From Balanoglossus misakiensis (lineage: Eukaryota; Animalia; Hemichordata): 64,000 bases of DNA. Location: assembly GCA_040954595.2 (NCBI GenBank), contig CM082592.2, positions 5,612,209 through 5,676,208 of the forward strand, in the 5' to 3' direction. The notes beneath the pieces were generated by a model. The model made no database searches. It worked only from the letters and a program-made list of their open reading frames with translations, and was not told the DNA's origin. Made by a program: the position numbers and the translations under genes. Below, piece by piece: positions 52,898-64,000 of this stretch; the stretch's first letter is position 1; every line of letters starts with the position of its first letter.

Positions 52898-55800
52898 ATG
52901 TTAGCGGAGGGGGAAGAGATGGAAAGGAAGTCTGCTACTCGACAGTCGTCTGCCACGCCACCAAACAAGGGTGCGAATGGGGATTCGAAAAGTAAAGGTA
53001 GGAGGCTTAGGAAACTAGGACCGACTACTGTATGTGTACCGCGCACTGCAGTGAGAGTTTCGCAGTGGATATATATTTTGGCTGTATTCTGCCTCTTTTG
53101 CGTTGCAACATAAATGTTGGTGCCAGTATGGTGTACTTCTTTTATCCAGGGTCCTAATCAGTAAATAAACTAAATATCAATTTGATACAGACATTGAGGT
53201 CAAATGCCATGATGTCTGCTCATATTGCGTCACAGCACTGTTTTGCATATGTGCCATTTCCATCCAAGCTCAAGGGTTGCACAAGCAAGGGAAACTTCGT
53301 ATCTTGCAAGAGGCGGTCAAACACAACAACTATTGTTGTATACCAGAAAAGTTTATTTGGTCACAAACATCTGAAATTATAAGAATATTTTTCGAACAAA
53401 AACTTGAAAAAGGGTGAAAATGCTACTTTTGATAAGGCAAAGCACCAAAGACATTGCAGGTGATATTATTTGGTGCGAGTTTTTAGAAAAAGTGACAAGT
53501 ATTCTTTATGATGGATCTACCATTGGATGTACCGGTAATGTTCAATACAACTATTGGGCACCTCGTTGCAGATGGTGGTAGAGCAAACAACGGCACCCCA
53601 AAGTACAACAGGAGGCGGGAGCAGTCTTTCCCCAGAAGTGAGCCCAGCTCAGCCAGGAAACCCATTCCCCAGAAAAGTAAGGCCATTGACAAGAGACCAC
53701 GTTCTAGGAATAATAATGGTGGCAGACGTGAAGAGGTATGTAATGTTCATTGTTGTTAATAATCGTTTACTATGTGGGGACATAAACATTTGTTGACAGT
53801 GACATTCATTCTTGTGACACACATTAATAGAATCTCACACTCCCAAGGACCTGGGATCGTATTTCTCACACGAGTTGGGGATTTTTTGTCCCACACGAGC
53901 CGCAGAGTCTGAGACTAGTATGCGCTGTTTTTATCATTCAAGATGAATAAATTTTTGATTAGTAAATAGTAGTAATCTTTTTATTCTCTTTACCAGGTGA
54001 CAAAGGGCCAGAGGGCTGAATTTGGTTCAGCTCTTTCATATGGTCCAAAGAAAATCAACTTGAACCATTTGCTGAATTTCACCTATACCCCACGCGGAGG
54101 CGAGGGAAGTGGTAGCCAAAGTGGAATATGGAAGTCTAGAAATAAATGGGTTCATAAGCGTGTCCGTTACAACAAAGAGCAGTTTCTCCAAGCCAAGTAA
54201 GTGTCAATTGTATTGTATGTTCCATTATCAATGTTACTGGTGTTTTGGGCTAATCTTCTGGTGTGTCATGTACAACAATCCCAACCAAAGGTAGATGATG
54301 CTGACAAATTTTATTTGTACATGTATCACCAATTCCTGTAATTGATGTCTTCATTCTGCTTTCTTCAGTTGTCAGTTTGTTGTCAACGCCAGAGGAGATT
54401 ACACAGTGCATGCAGCAGATCCGGATATCCTTGTTGACTGGGAACTCATTGAACAAGTGGTAAGTCAGATTTTCAGGAAGTTGGAATGTACATTTGACCA
54501 CACAACGTTTGACAGGCTTGGCAGAAAAGGTATATTTTTTCAATTTCGGACGAATTGTTTTCATCCTCAGCAGCCTGATTACACCATCCAGTAGTAGTTG
54601 ACTGAAATCAGAAAATTTCCAAGATTTTAATGACAATAGTATTCTAACTGTGCATTTGTCTATATCTTACAGAGGATCTTCAGCCATGAAGTGCCATCTT
54701 GTCCAATCTGCCTGTACCCACCGACTGCAGCCAAGATTACCCGGTGTGGCCACATCTACTGTTGGACCTGCATTTTGCATTACCTATCCTTGGCTGACAA
54801 GACCTGGAGAAAATGTCCAATTTGTTATGAATCTGTCCACAAAGGAGATCTGAAAAGGTAAACATGCTTATGTAATGCACACCAAGAAGCATGTCTCAGT
54901 GAAATAGTTTGTACCCTGTGAAGAAACATGGGCACATGACATTAATTTATTGTCGTCTCCAACCCTTATCATTTCAGTGTTGTTGCCATGGAGACCCATC
55001 AGTATACGCCAGGAGAGAAGATCACCATGAAGCTGATGAAGAGAGAGAAAGGATGCAACATTGCCCTCCCCAAGGGACAGTGGTTGCAGACAGAAGCGAA
55101 ACCGTTCCAGCTCGGCGATGATTCAATTGACACGTCTTTTGTTCAGCTGTTGGTCGCAAGTCCAGAACAAGTTCAAGAGCAGGTGAGGACGGGGTACCGG
55201 TTAACTTCTCTAATAGATACCAGGTGCTGAAAAATGTAGCTCTATATCTCTGTACAATATTATAATCCAAATTCTGGTGAAACTAAACATTACTCTTTTG
55301 AACCCTGATTCTTCTGAATTGCAGATCATTGATTGTGAGAGAACTGCATTGGAAGTAAAACGTGCTGATAAAGATGAGGTAGGTATCAATAACCAAGTAA
55401 TAATTGTGCTTGTTATGCTTTTGAATGATTTCTATAGTAAAAATATTGTATACAGGATATATACTCCTTATTGTAGAATGAATTGGAAAGAGATATTGAA
55501 GATTGCATTTCAGTAACTTTTTAAAATGTAAGTTAACCTATCATTTGTATCTTTTAGGAATCTGAACTGTGTTTTATTGAGACAGCATTGGCATCGCTGA
55601 AGGTAAGTGAAAATTGTAAATTTTATGTAGGGATGTCCAGTTGCAGTATGTCTGTTAAACTTAAAAATGCAAGGAGAGAATATATTTGAAAGAGCAAGAA
55701 AATTTGTAAATCTATGGTTTTCCTCGAAGTGCCAGAATTGCAGGTGGGATAAAGTGCTCACATTTTGAGTCTCTTTCTTTGTAGGCAAGAGAAGAAGGTA

Positions 55801-58800
55801 TGACTTCAAAGGAAAATGAGGAGAAAACTGTGGAAGAAGCAATGGAAGGTAGGAATTCTAACATTTATAGAATTGACATATTTAGTTCGTTTGACAATGA
55901 ATAGACTACAAATATATATCCAATTCAGTATGGCCACCAGTTGGCCATACTTGTTTTCAAAGTTTTATGAAGACATAGAAAAATCACGGAATATGGCCAT
56001 GAGCTATACAGTTTAAGATATTCTTGTATCCAGAGGTATAACCCGAGACTTTTTTTTGCAAGGACAACTTCTACGGTCCACATTACACATTTTAATTGGT
56101 CATTTCTTCCTCTTTTACTGTCAAATCATTATAGCCCTGAAGGTTGACTCTGATTTGGCTGACAATGAACAGACTGAGGAGACTGCTGTGAAGTGGGTTG
56201 CACAACAGGTATAAATGGACTTGTTTTATCATTGTCAATAGATCCCTGATACATGGCTTTTTAACTATGCAAAAGTCCATTAATGATGTATCTATCCATG
56301 AATTTTAATTTTGCTCTGATTTATAGGTTTTCTCATGTTTCTGCAAAATGAAATCCAAATATGTAAAGAAATTGCAATTCTTGTTTCCTTACATGATAAT
56401 GATAAGTTTGTTTGTTTTGATGACAGGATATTGTGGTGTACTCTTCTGCTTTTGATGATGAAGTCGCGGAAACCAGCAGCAATCCTGTTGAGGAAACCAT
56501 CAGCGTTCCAGTTCCTGACTCTGAAACACCACAGGCGGCTGACGAGCGAAATGATGATGGTGACGAGGATGTGCTTTCAACATCTGCAAAATCTCTGGAT
56601 TCCACTCTGGATGATGTAGAAAAAGTAGATGCGAGTGATGTCTCAGTGGATGGTGGCGATGATGAGGGTTTAATTGAGGAGAGTAGTCATGTGGCTAGAG
56701 CAGCTGTAGAAACTGGACACATGTATTACTTCTATCAAGGTACGAGACATATTAAGTTAGGTACAACTTGCAAGAACATCATTTTGTGAGCAATGCTTGA
56801 TCAGAACCAGTGATGTAGATTAATTTTGTAATTACAGACAGACAAGACAAATAGCTGGTCATGATGTCGTAAAGGTTATCGTATTGTCATGTCCTATGTG
56901 TTTATTATTATTGCTTTGTTCACAGCTGAAGATGGCCAGCACCTTTATTTGCACCCTATCAATGTCCGATGTCTGGTCAGAGAATATGGAAACCTCGAAA
57001 ACTGTCCAGAAACCATCGCTGCAAGCATCATTGAAATTGAAGGATACTCCATGTCAGAGGTAACGTATTAAATTCACTTTTTTTTTACATTTTACCTGTT
57101 AATGTTTACCATTCTAATTGTTCGAAACCCATTTCTGCATTCTCTATGAAGACACATACACAGGTATCTGCTGAAGATAAATAAGTTTACTTCTTGACGA
57201 AGTGATAGTGAAGAGGCCACATTTCATAGTAATTTTAATAAACCACCTTTGTAGGAATTACGGAAAAGGCTTCGATATCTCCATCACTTGCCATTGACCT
57301 GCGAGTTTGGTGTGTGTGAACTGAAACTACAAACTCCAGTTCTATCAAGGAATACCTTGGAAGCATTCTCCGGTAAGACATTGTTTTACTTTATCACAAA
57401 AATGCAAATTTCTCATCTAAGTAAGTTGACATAGCATGCAGAGCATTATACACATGTTTATAAAAAAATTATTATTGAGTGTTTGTGAAGTCTTCATTCC
57501 ATGATTTGTTCTGTGGTTTTGTATGAGTGTTACTTGTTTTAAGGTGCAGCTTTTCAAGTGCATAACATTTGTGTGTTTTGTTCCCAACAGGTGAGTTCAT
57601 GAAGAGAAAGAAGATGAGAGACAAAAAGGCAAGAGATGAGAAAAGACGAGATAAGCGAATCCAAATGGAAGAGGCGAAAAAGACTGGAAAATGTGAGCAC
57701 ATACAGTTGTATATTTGCAGAGTTGTTTTTGTGTTAACACAATTCGTGTTCTGATGTGTCGTGAAAAGGCGACTTAGTGTGCCGTTGACAACAATCATTC
57801 CATTCATTCATTCATTCATTCATTCATTCATTCATTCATTCAAATGTACACAGGAGGCTTAGAGCTTGGGGATATACCGGTAGGTTTGTGTTTGGAGATG
57901 CTGTGACCCAAGGAGGGTACATGATTGTCACTCAGAACAGTCAGTGTTTTCATGTGCCGTGTGTGTGTGGTTTATCTGTATGGGTGCCAGTTTACATGCC
58001 GCTTCTTCTTTCGGATGTTTCAGATCCCCGGCCCAGTCTCGCCTTGGAAAGCAACAGACAATTTCCAATTTGTGGTGCTGAGAGTACAGCATCTGCTGAT
58101 GCTCGACCAATGAGTCCTTCATCTGTTGCCTCAAGTAGCTCAGAGAGTGGCCAGTACAGCGTTGGCAGCCCTACAGGTGAGCATTGTGGTTGTATAACAT
58201 TCCCACAGCATAACCAATGCAATAATAGGGGCTACTTCCTTCAAAACAAACGTGATGAATTTGTCTGTTGAATTTTCATACACTGGCTCCGCTTGCAACA
58301 TGGACTGATAAGGCATTACAGATCCGGACAGTAATAGCCAGGGCTCTGCTAGTTTTGATAAATTCCACTGTGCATATGAGATGACGGTTCCACTAACCAA
58401 GTGAGCTGTTCCTCTGTTCACAGATAGCGGACTGAATCCCCATGCTAGGGAGTTCACACCGGGATCACCACCTTCACAACTGGTTGTTGGCAGTGTGGAG
58501 AGCACTGGAAGCAGTGTGGAGAGCACCCTCATTGTTGGAAGCCCTCAGGACTACCATCTCCCCAGACCAGTATCATTTGCTGATGTGAGTTTGAGATCAG
58601 ACGTGTAACCATTTCATTGTGTGTAGATCGACCATTGCCATTGAAATCAATGCAGCTGGAGGAAAATTATATGCAAATCTCAATTATAAGCTCTTGACAA
58701 GGCAAGGGTTCACAGTATTGTATAATTATTGTAGTCACAAAAATATAGGTCATTTCCTCATGCCAGTTGTCTGCTGGGAAGACTTTGCAAAGAAATGAAC

Positions 58801-59271
58801 TGATATGCTAACTGTTACAAATATATCCCTACTGCAGATGTTGCGTGCAGGCAAAAACAAAGAGGCGATTCCAAGAAGAGCATCTGTACCAGCCAAGCTT
58901 GGTCAGCCAAGTCCGGCTCATCAATTGTCCCCGGACAGTAACGACAGTGATCATGAAGATTTCATCCCAGTTCCTCTCTACAAGGATGCGTTCAGTGATG
59001 CTATTCAGTCTGCAATGGACAAAGCTGCTATGGGCACCTCTGCTGCTGAAAAGACAGGTGCGTACTTATCAGTATTTATGCGGTTCTCGTAATCGAGCTA
59101 TGTACCAAATGTTTGGCCTGGTATCGTTCCCAATTTTTAATACCCGTCATGCCCTAATCAATGTCTCTCTTTATTACAGATGAGTCTCCCACTACCAGTG
59201 GTGGTAAGAAAGGCAAAAAAGGAAAGAAGAAACAGCTGTTGTTTTCAACTTCAGTTTTCCGGTATAAATAA
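52898..59271 (+). CDS. RNF10: E3 ubiquitin ligase RING finger protein 10
   Basis: 18 exons: 52898-52997, 53572-53735, 53997-54196 ([29 protein letters not shown]), 54369-54459, 54673-54857 ([37 protein letters not shown]), 54978-55182, 55325-55378, 55558-55602, 55785-55848, 56135-56208, 56427-56739 (YYFYQ), 56926-57059 ([17 protein letters not shown]), 57255-57372, 57591-57692, 58024-58176, 58424-58584, 58838-59057 and 59180-59271 ([10 protein letters not shown]). Confidence 0.95.
57796..57841. repeat. (CATT)n microsatellite in an RNF10 intron
   Basis: About ten tandem catt units. Confidence 0.9.
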
Positions 59272-61110
59272 AATACCCTCACTAGTTGTGAAGCTATGTG
59301 CATGTGACTGCCTGTAACTATTAGTCATTGATTATTCGGCAATGTGTTCTGAGTCTACCTGTAAAAAGATTTTTGGTTTTTAAAGGCATAGTATTGGGCA
59401 TTTTTTCCAATGATTAGTGATATGTTTAATTTAACATAACGAAATTCAGAATTGTCACATGTTTTGACAATACAGGACTTGAAGCATACTGAATATTACT
59501 GTGATGGCCATTTTACAGACATTGGCCTTTCAATGGAAAGCCTTTCATTCAGTCGGCCATTTTACCTTCTTTTCCCCCTAATGTGTATAGACCCAACCAT
59601 GCCATTGATAAAGAGTAGGGGTTGGTCCAATATGCATTGGTGAAGGGGTTGACTTTGCCAAAGTCTGAACAATGCACTGAACTTATAAGCTTGTTGGGGA
59701 TTGGATGTTGAACAGTAAAATAAGCCAAAGAGTCTTATTGTACCACAGAAGTATGTATTCAGGGGTACTTTTAGCCAGGTCAGAAGTGTAGACTGCATGA
59801 TGTTTGTATTTCTGCCCAAGGGCAGTGGAGGAATCAGTCATCAGACATTGCTTTTGTTCAGCTCCAAAACCCATTGTGAAGAGCTTTCTGACAAATCTTA
59901 CACACAAAGTATTCTGGATTAAATCCGATATTGAATGATCGATGCTTCAATGAAATAGGTAAACATCCAATTTCAGGCCAGTTTTATCACTTTCATACAG
60001 AAATATTGTCAATGAACTTGCAACATCTGTAAGAAAAATTTACACGTTTATTTGCAGATTTAGATTAACTTTCATGTTATATCTCATTATGACCTTTATT
60101 TTATGCAATATAATGACGTAAGTTTTCTGAATCCATTATCCATCTGGTCTCATTACCAAATGTTACAATGCAGTAATAAATTGCATGTCCACATTTAATT
60201 GCATTAGAGGACCCAGGCATTACTCATTGTTGTCTTTGAGACCTGTCTTTGATAAGTTTTATCTCAGAAATTATTTTAAAAGATAAACTAAGCATTTCCT
60301 TACAATTCCTGGTTGTAACCTCTGTCAACTCAGAGGATAGACCTATGTACGTCAGGGAATTGTTACAAGGCGAATGATACAGCCTACATGAAATAACTCT
60401 TATTAATTCTGAGGATGTCATACCTAACATGACTTTACCATCAAAACAAAAAAAGATTGGAGGAGCAGTGTGTTAAATCCATACTGGAATTACATTTTAT
60501 TTTTCAAGTTTCCAAAAGGATTGTGACAAATGATCACATCTCAAACTTCCTGGATAGTTTGTGTAAATTTTCTTGACAGTTTACAGAATTTGTTCTTTTG
60601 CTACTTCAGTTGAAGTATAGTTACAGAGATCTGTATTTGAACGAAATGTCGCATCTGCGCACATGCATCATATTGAGCTCTCGTCTGTATAGTTGAGGTG
60701 TGATGCTCATTATTAGCAAAGTGAATACTGTATCTGCTTTTGTGAAATAAATCTAAAATGATAAAGTACCACATCTATGTTTCCTGTCTATTCCTCTATG
60801 TGTTTTGAGCAGGCATGTATGTGTACGTGTGTGTGAGGATTTTTGCGACTGAAGGAAGTGTGGATTATTAGAACTTGGACTAACTACGACATGATACATA
60901 AATTTTGATAGTGAAGTATTGAACATTGCTGTTCCTGGAAATCTTGTGCACTGTTTACAAATTTGACTGAAGCTATCCTGAGAAGAATCCCAAAGAAGCG
61001 CACCTGAGCCTCGTTTTGAACGATTACTCAAGTCACTATGATATACTTCCGCAGAGTAAAAGAGAACTGCAAAATTAAATCCAAATAGCAAATCACTTCT
61101 CTCCACAAAG

Positions 61111-61326
61111 ACTTACACAGATCCCAACATTGCCGCATTTGTTCAAGATCTTTTATAACGTGAAAATGAGACGAACGGAAACTTGCGGAGTCGTGCGGAG
61201 GGATATCAAATACGCAGGTTCACACTCGCCATTTTGAATATAAATGAACTTCCGGAATCTGACCTTCCTGTCTTCCGTCATTTCTCTCCAAGCTGGAGTC
61301 GATTGTGTACAGTTAACAGGTAAGTG
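61111..61326. promoter_or_regulatory. Possible promoter with non-coding first exon(s) of an unidentified gene
   Basis: YY1-like CGCCATTTTG (~61228), ETS-like CTTCCGG/CTTCCTG/CTTCCGT (61249-61278), locally CpG-rich. Strong donor CAG|GTAAGT at 61320 on plus and GTAAGT at 61116-61111 on minus. Confidence 0.35.
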
Positions 61327-64000
61327 GCAAAATTATACAAAAGCTGATACAGTCTGGTGCAGGTATGCAGCATTTTCGATCAGGATTGCCCAGTGCGATC
61401 TTTGCAAATCGTATTTTGCTGCCTATCTGCACGAATAAAGCGAGCACACAACACATTCTTACTCGAAGTGGGGAACTGTCACCGTGGCTCGGTTGTGTGG
61501 GAGTGTCTCGAGATATCTGCTACTTGTTCAGTAGGGGATGGGCCTTGCCAAATTCTGCTTCAGATCGATCGCAAACCACAAGTTTTATCCACCAGGGCCA
61601 TAGTTACCTACCGGTATCGGCGTTTAGCGTACACGTGTCACGTTTCCAAGAGATATTGATTCCAGATGGATTATGATTTTTTTTCACTTCATGTCAATAT
61701 TAGTTTAGTCGTATTCATCATCCCAGCAGCAGTCAAGGTCCTCACAAAATTTAAACATAGTTTCCAATCAAAATTACTTTTTTTCTTTAACAAAATGATC
61801 GAATGAACACCTTCGTTTGGTATTGAAATGGACATAGTATTAAATTTGCTGGAAATATACATTTAGATAGTAATGAGATTATAATGACATGAACATGGAG
61901 GTAGGATAGCGTAAGTGTGACTAATGTAGTAGGACTCATTCAGCACTAGTCAGCACTGAGTCTTGTTAATAATAATATGCATATTGATGCAGAATTAAGT
62001 CGAGCGGAACTTGTTCAGTAATATTAACTGTATAGATATTTTGATAGTATTTTCTGTGATGTGTATGCGTCAAAACAATTATTTAGGAAATGGACGGTCT
62101 GTAATATGCACGTGATGGTCATTTCATTTCCCTAGTCCAACTCATACACCATACACAGCATGAATGAAAACATGAATAGGCAATCAAAATACACAACAAT
62201 ATATGTTACTCTTTGAAATTTGATGCTAGCAGTGAATCATGCTGAATGTATCGCTGTTATGATCGACACGCTGGCTCTTACATTATTAGGAATATGTAAT
62301 TCTGCGTCAGGAATGCAGTTTTCGTAGTAAAAGTTGGATATTACTATGGGCAAATATTGGAACATGTGTTGATATGTTTGCTGAGCACACATACAATAAC
62401 TGTTTAATGGTAGCCTTCAATACAATGCCTAAAGTGCACATTTCAAGGTGTGTTGGAATGTTCACAGTGGTCGACAACAACATTACAGTGCAGTTAAGAA
62501 GTTTCCTTTGCCTCTAAGATACATAGATCGGTTGTTTTAATTCTTTTATTGGAAAATTGGTATCTTAGCACCATGGACATGTTCTTCTGTTTTGTGCTCT
62601 TTGCTTTAGAATTACTGGTTACAGTTATGGTAAAGTGACATGCCTTTGTATCAAAATGGGATTTTAGAGTCACTGTTGGGTTTCTTTAATGTTTAATCTC
62701 TTCAAAAGAAGCATGCACGCTGTTGTCAGTTGGTAATTGTTTCAACATGCCAGTTGCTTTTGAAAAGAATAGCCTCTCGGCCTCAGGTTGATTGGGGTAA
62801 CAATTAACAAGACCATTTTACAAGAACTTGCAGTACATGGCCAATTAGAAGCGCTGGACACCTAACACTGACTGTGTACATGTATTATTCAGGAGTGAAG
62901 CTTCAGTCCCAAATAAGCAGCATAAGTGTTTGTAAACACGACCTGTGTAAAAGCTGGTTAGACTACATTGTACATTCAGGGATTTTTTTTCACTTTCGTG
63001 TTTTGTGAATGTTTGAAGCCAGTAATAGCACCATTCCAACTGACCTGGCCCAAGTCCACAATTATATGTGTGAACAGGGGTTGTGTTACACTATGGCGTT
63101 TCACACGTATTTCTTTCTCCAACAAAAATACAGACATTCTTGTTACAATGTATAATTTATTATTTTGACATTCTTATGTCTGTTGGCACTTGGAATTTCA
63201 TTGTGCGAGTTTTACCTTGTGTGATTGTTTGTCTATCAATATATCATCTAAACATACTTATTAGTCATTTTTGCATACGTTGCACTGATTTATGGAAATG
63301 TCATTGTTGAGAGCTATTATTCTTCAGCACCATGGAAGTATACAAAATAGGCTTGTCTCTAATGTATTGTTGTATGGTTCCTACACTCGCAAGAGGCCGA
63401 AATGGAACAGTGAGTGTTCATGTCCATGCATATGATTTACGGTGTTGTGTCTTTGCAGTAATACAGAGGTCACTGGGCTGTGAACAACCTGCACCCATTA
63501 TACTTGTGTTATCGCTATCGAGGAGTTGATAGTGCATGATATATGCCTGTTGATTTGTTGAGTGTTGCAGGTCAAACAATCGTTGATACCCCAGCCATAA
63601 GAGGGCAATGGTCATATTGAGCAAATCCAGGTTTCATCTTTTTATTTCATACAGAAATTAAGTTCAGTTTTATGTGTGGAGGGAACAAAGGTTCGTTTGT
63701 GTCCAAGGCTGCTGACTGCATTCCCTATCACTAATCCAGAGTGTTTAAAATTCAGAGCTGACCTAGTTCAGGCAGATGAACCCCCGATACAGGTAGGCTA
63801 ATATTATTTTAATAATGAAGATGTGTTGTTGCAACCAGCACTGTTTTCTTGATCAAATGCTGCAAAGCATAAACATCACATGGAATGCTTGTAAAAGTTG
63901 TTGATGTCATGTGAAATCAACACACAGTGCGACTAACTTGCCCTGTTTGTCAGGGCACCCAGCTTACTAAGTGGACGGTCCATTCTATAGCTGTCCCAAA

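Noticed and set aside
58322-58404. Possible alternative RNF10 exon (acceptor ttacag at 58321)
   Set aside because: Reads into a TGA, and its donor is only ~22 nt from the next acceptor; no support without transcripts.
60643-60755. Possible minus-strand H/ACA snoRNA ending ACATTT
   Set aside because: H box spacing and two-hairpin fold not convincing by eye; needs a covariance-model search.

Overview
Intron-rich animal genomic DNA, most consistent with an invertebrate deuterostome (inference from U1 sequence style and repeat types; species not determinable here). The left two-thirds holds a minus-strand tandem cluster of SLC13/DASS (INDY-like Na+/dicarboxylate-citrate-sulfate) transporter genes with a shared 13-exon layout. 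Two are intact (33914-45543, 13347-19064), one has a 4-nt exon-2 frameshift (7020-11883), one is a two-exon relic (6246-6633), and one runs off the left edge (1275-5685). An 11.7-kb block (19531-31203) resolves into eight non-autonomous Helentron/HINE-like elements whose terminal hairpins match like nested brackets. It lies between an SLC13 start codon and a variant U1 snRNA gene (31393-31559). Two MITEs with 3-bp TSDs and a 570-bp hairpin-in-hairpin palindrome sit in SLC13 introns. On the right is a head-to-head pair: a 318-aa proline-rich PRR11/MTFR1-like gene (minus, 50000-51986) and RNF10 (plus, 52898-59271), whose C-terminal region has a PAM2-like motif. All exon structures were derived by hand from GT/AG sites and frame continuity; no database searches were run.
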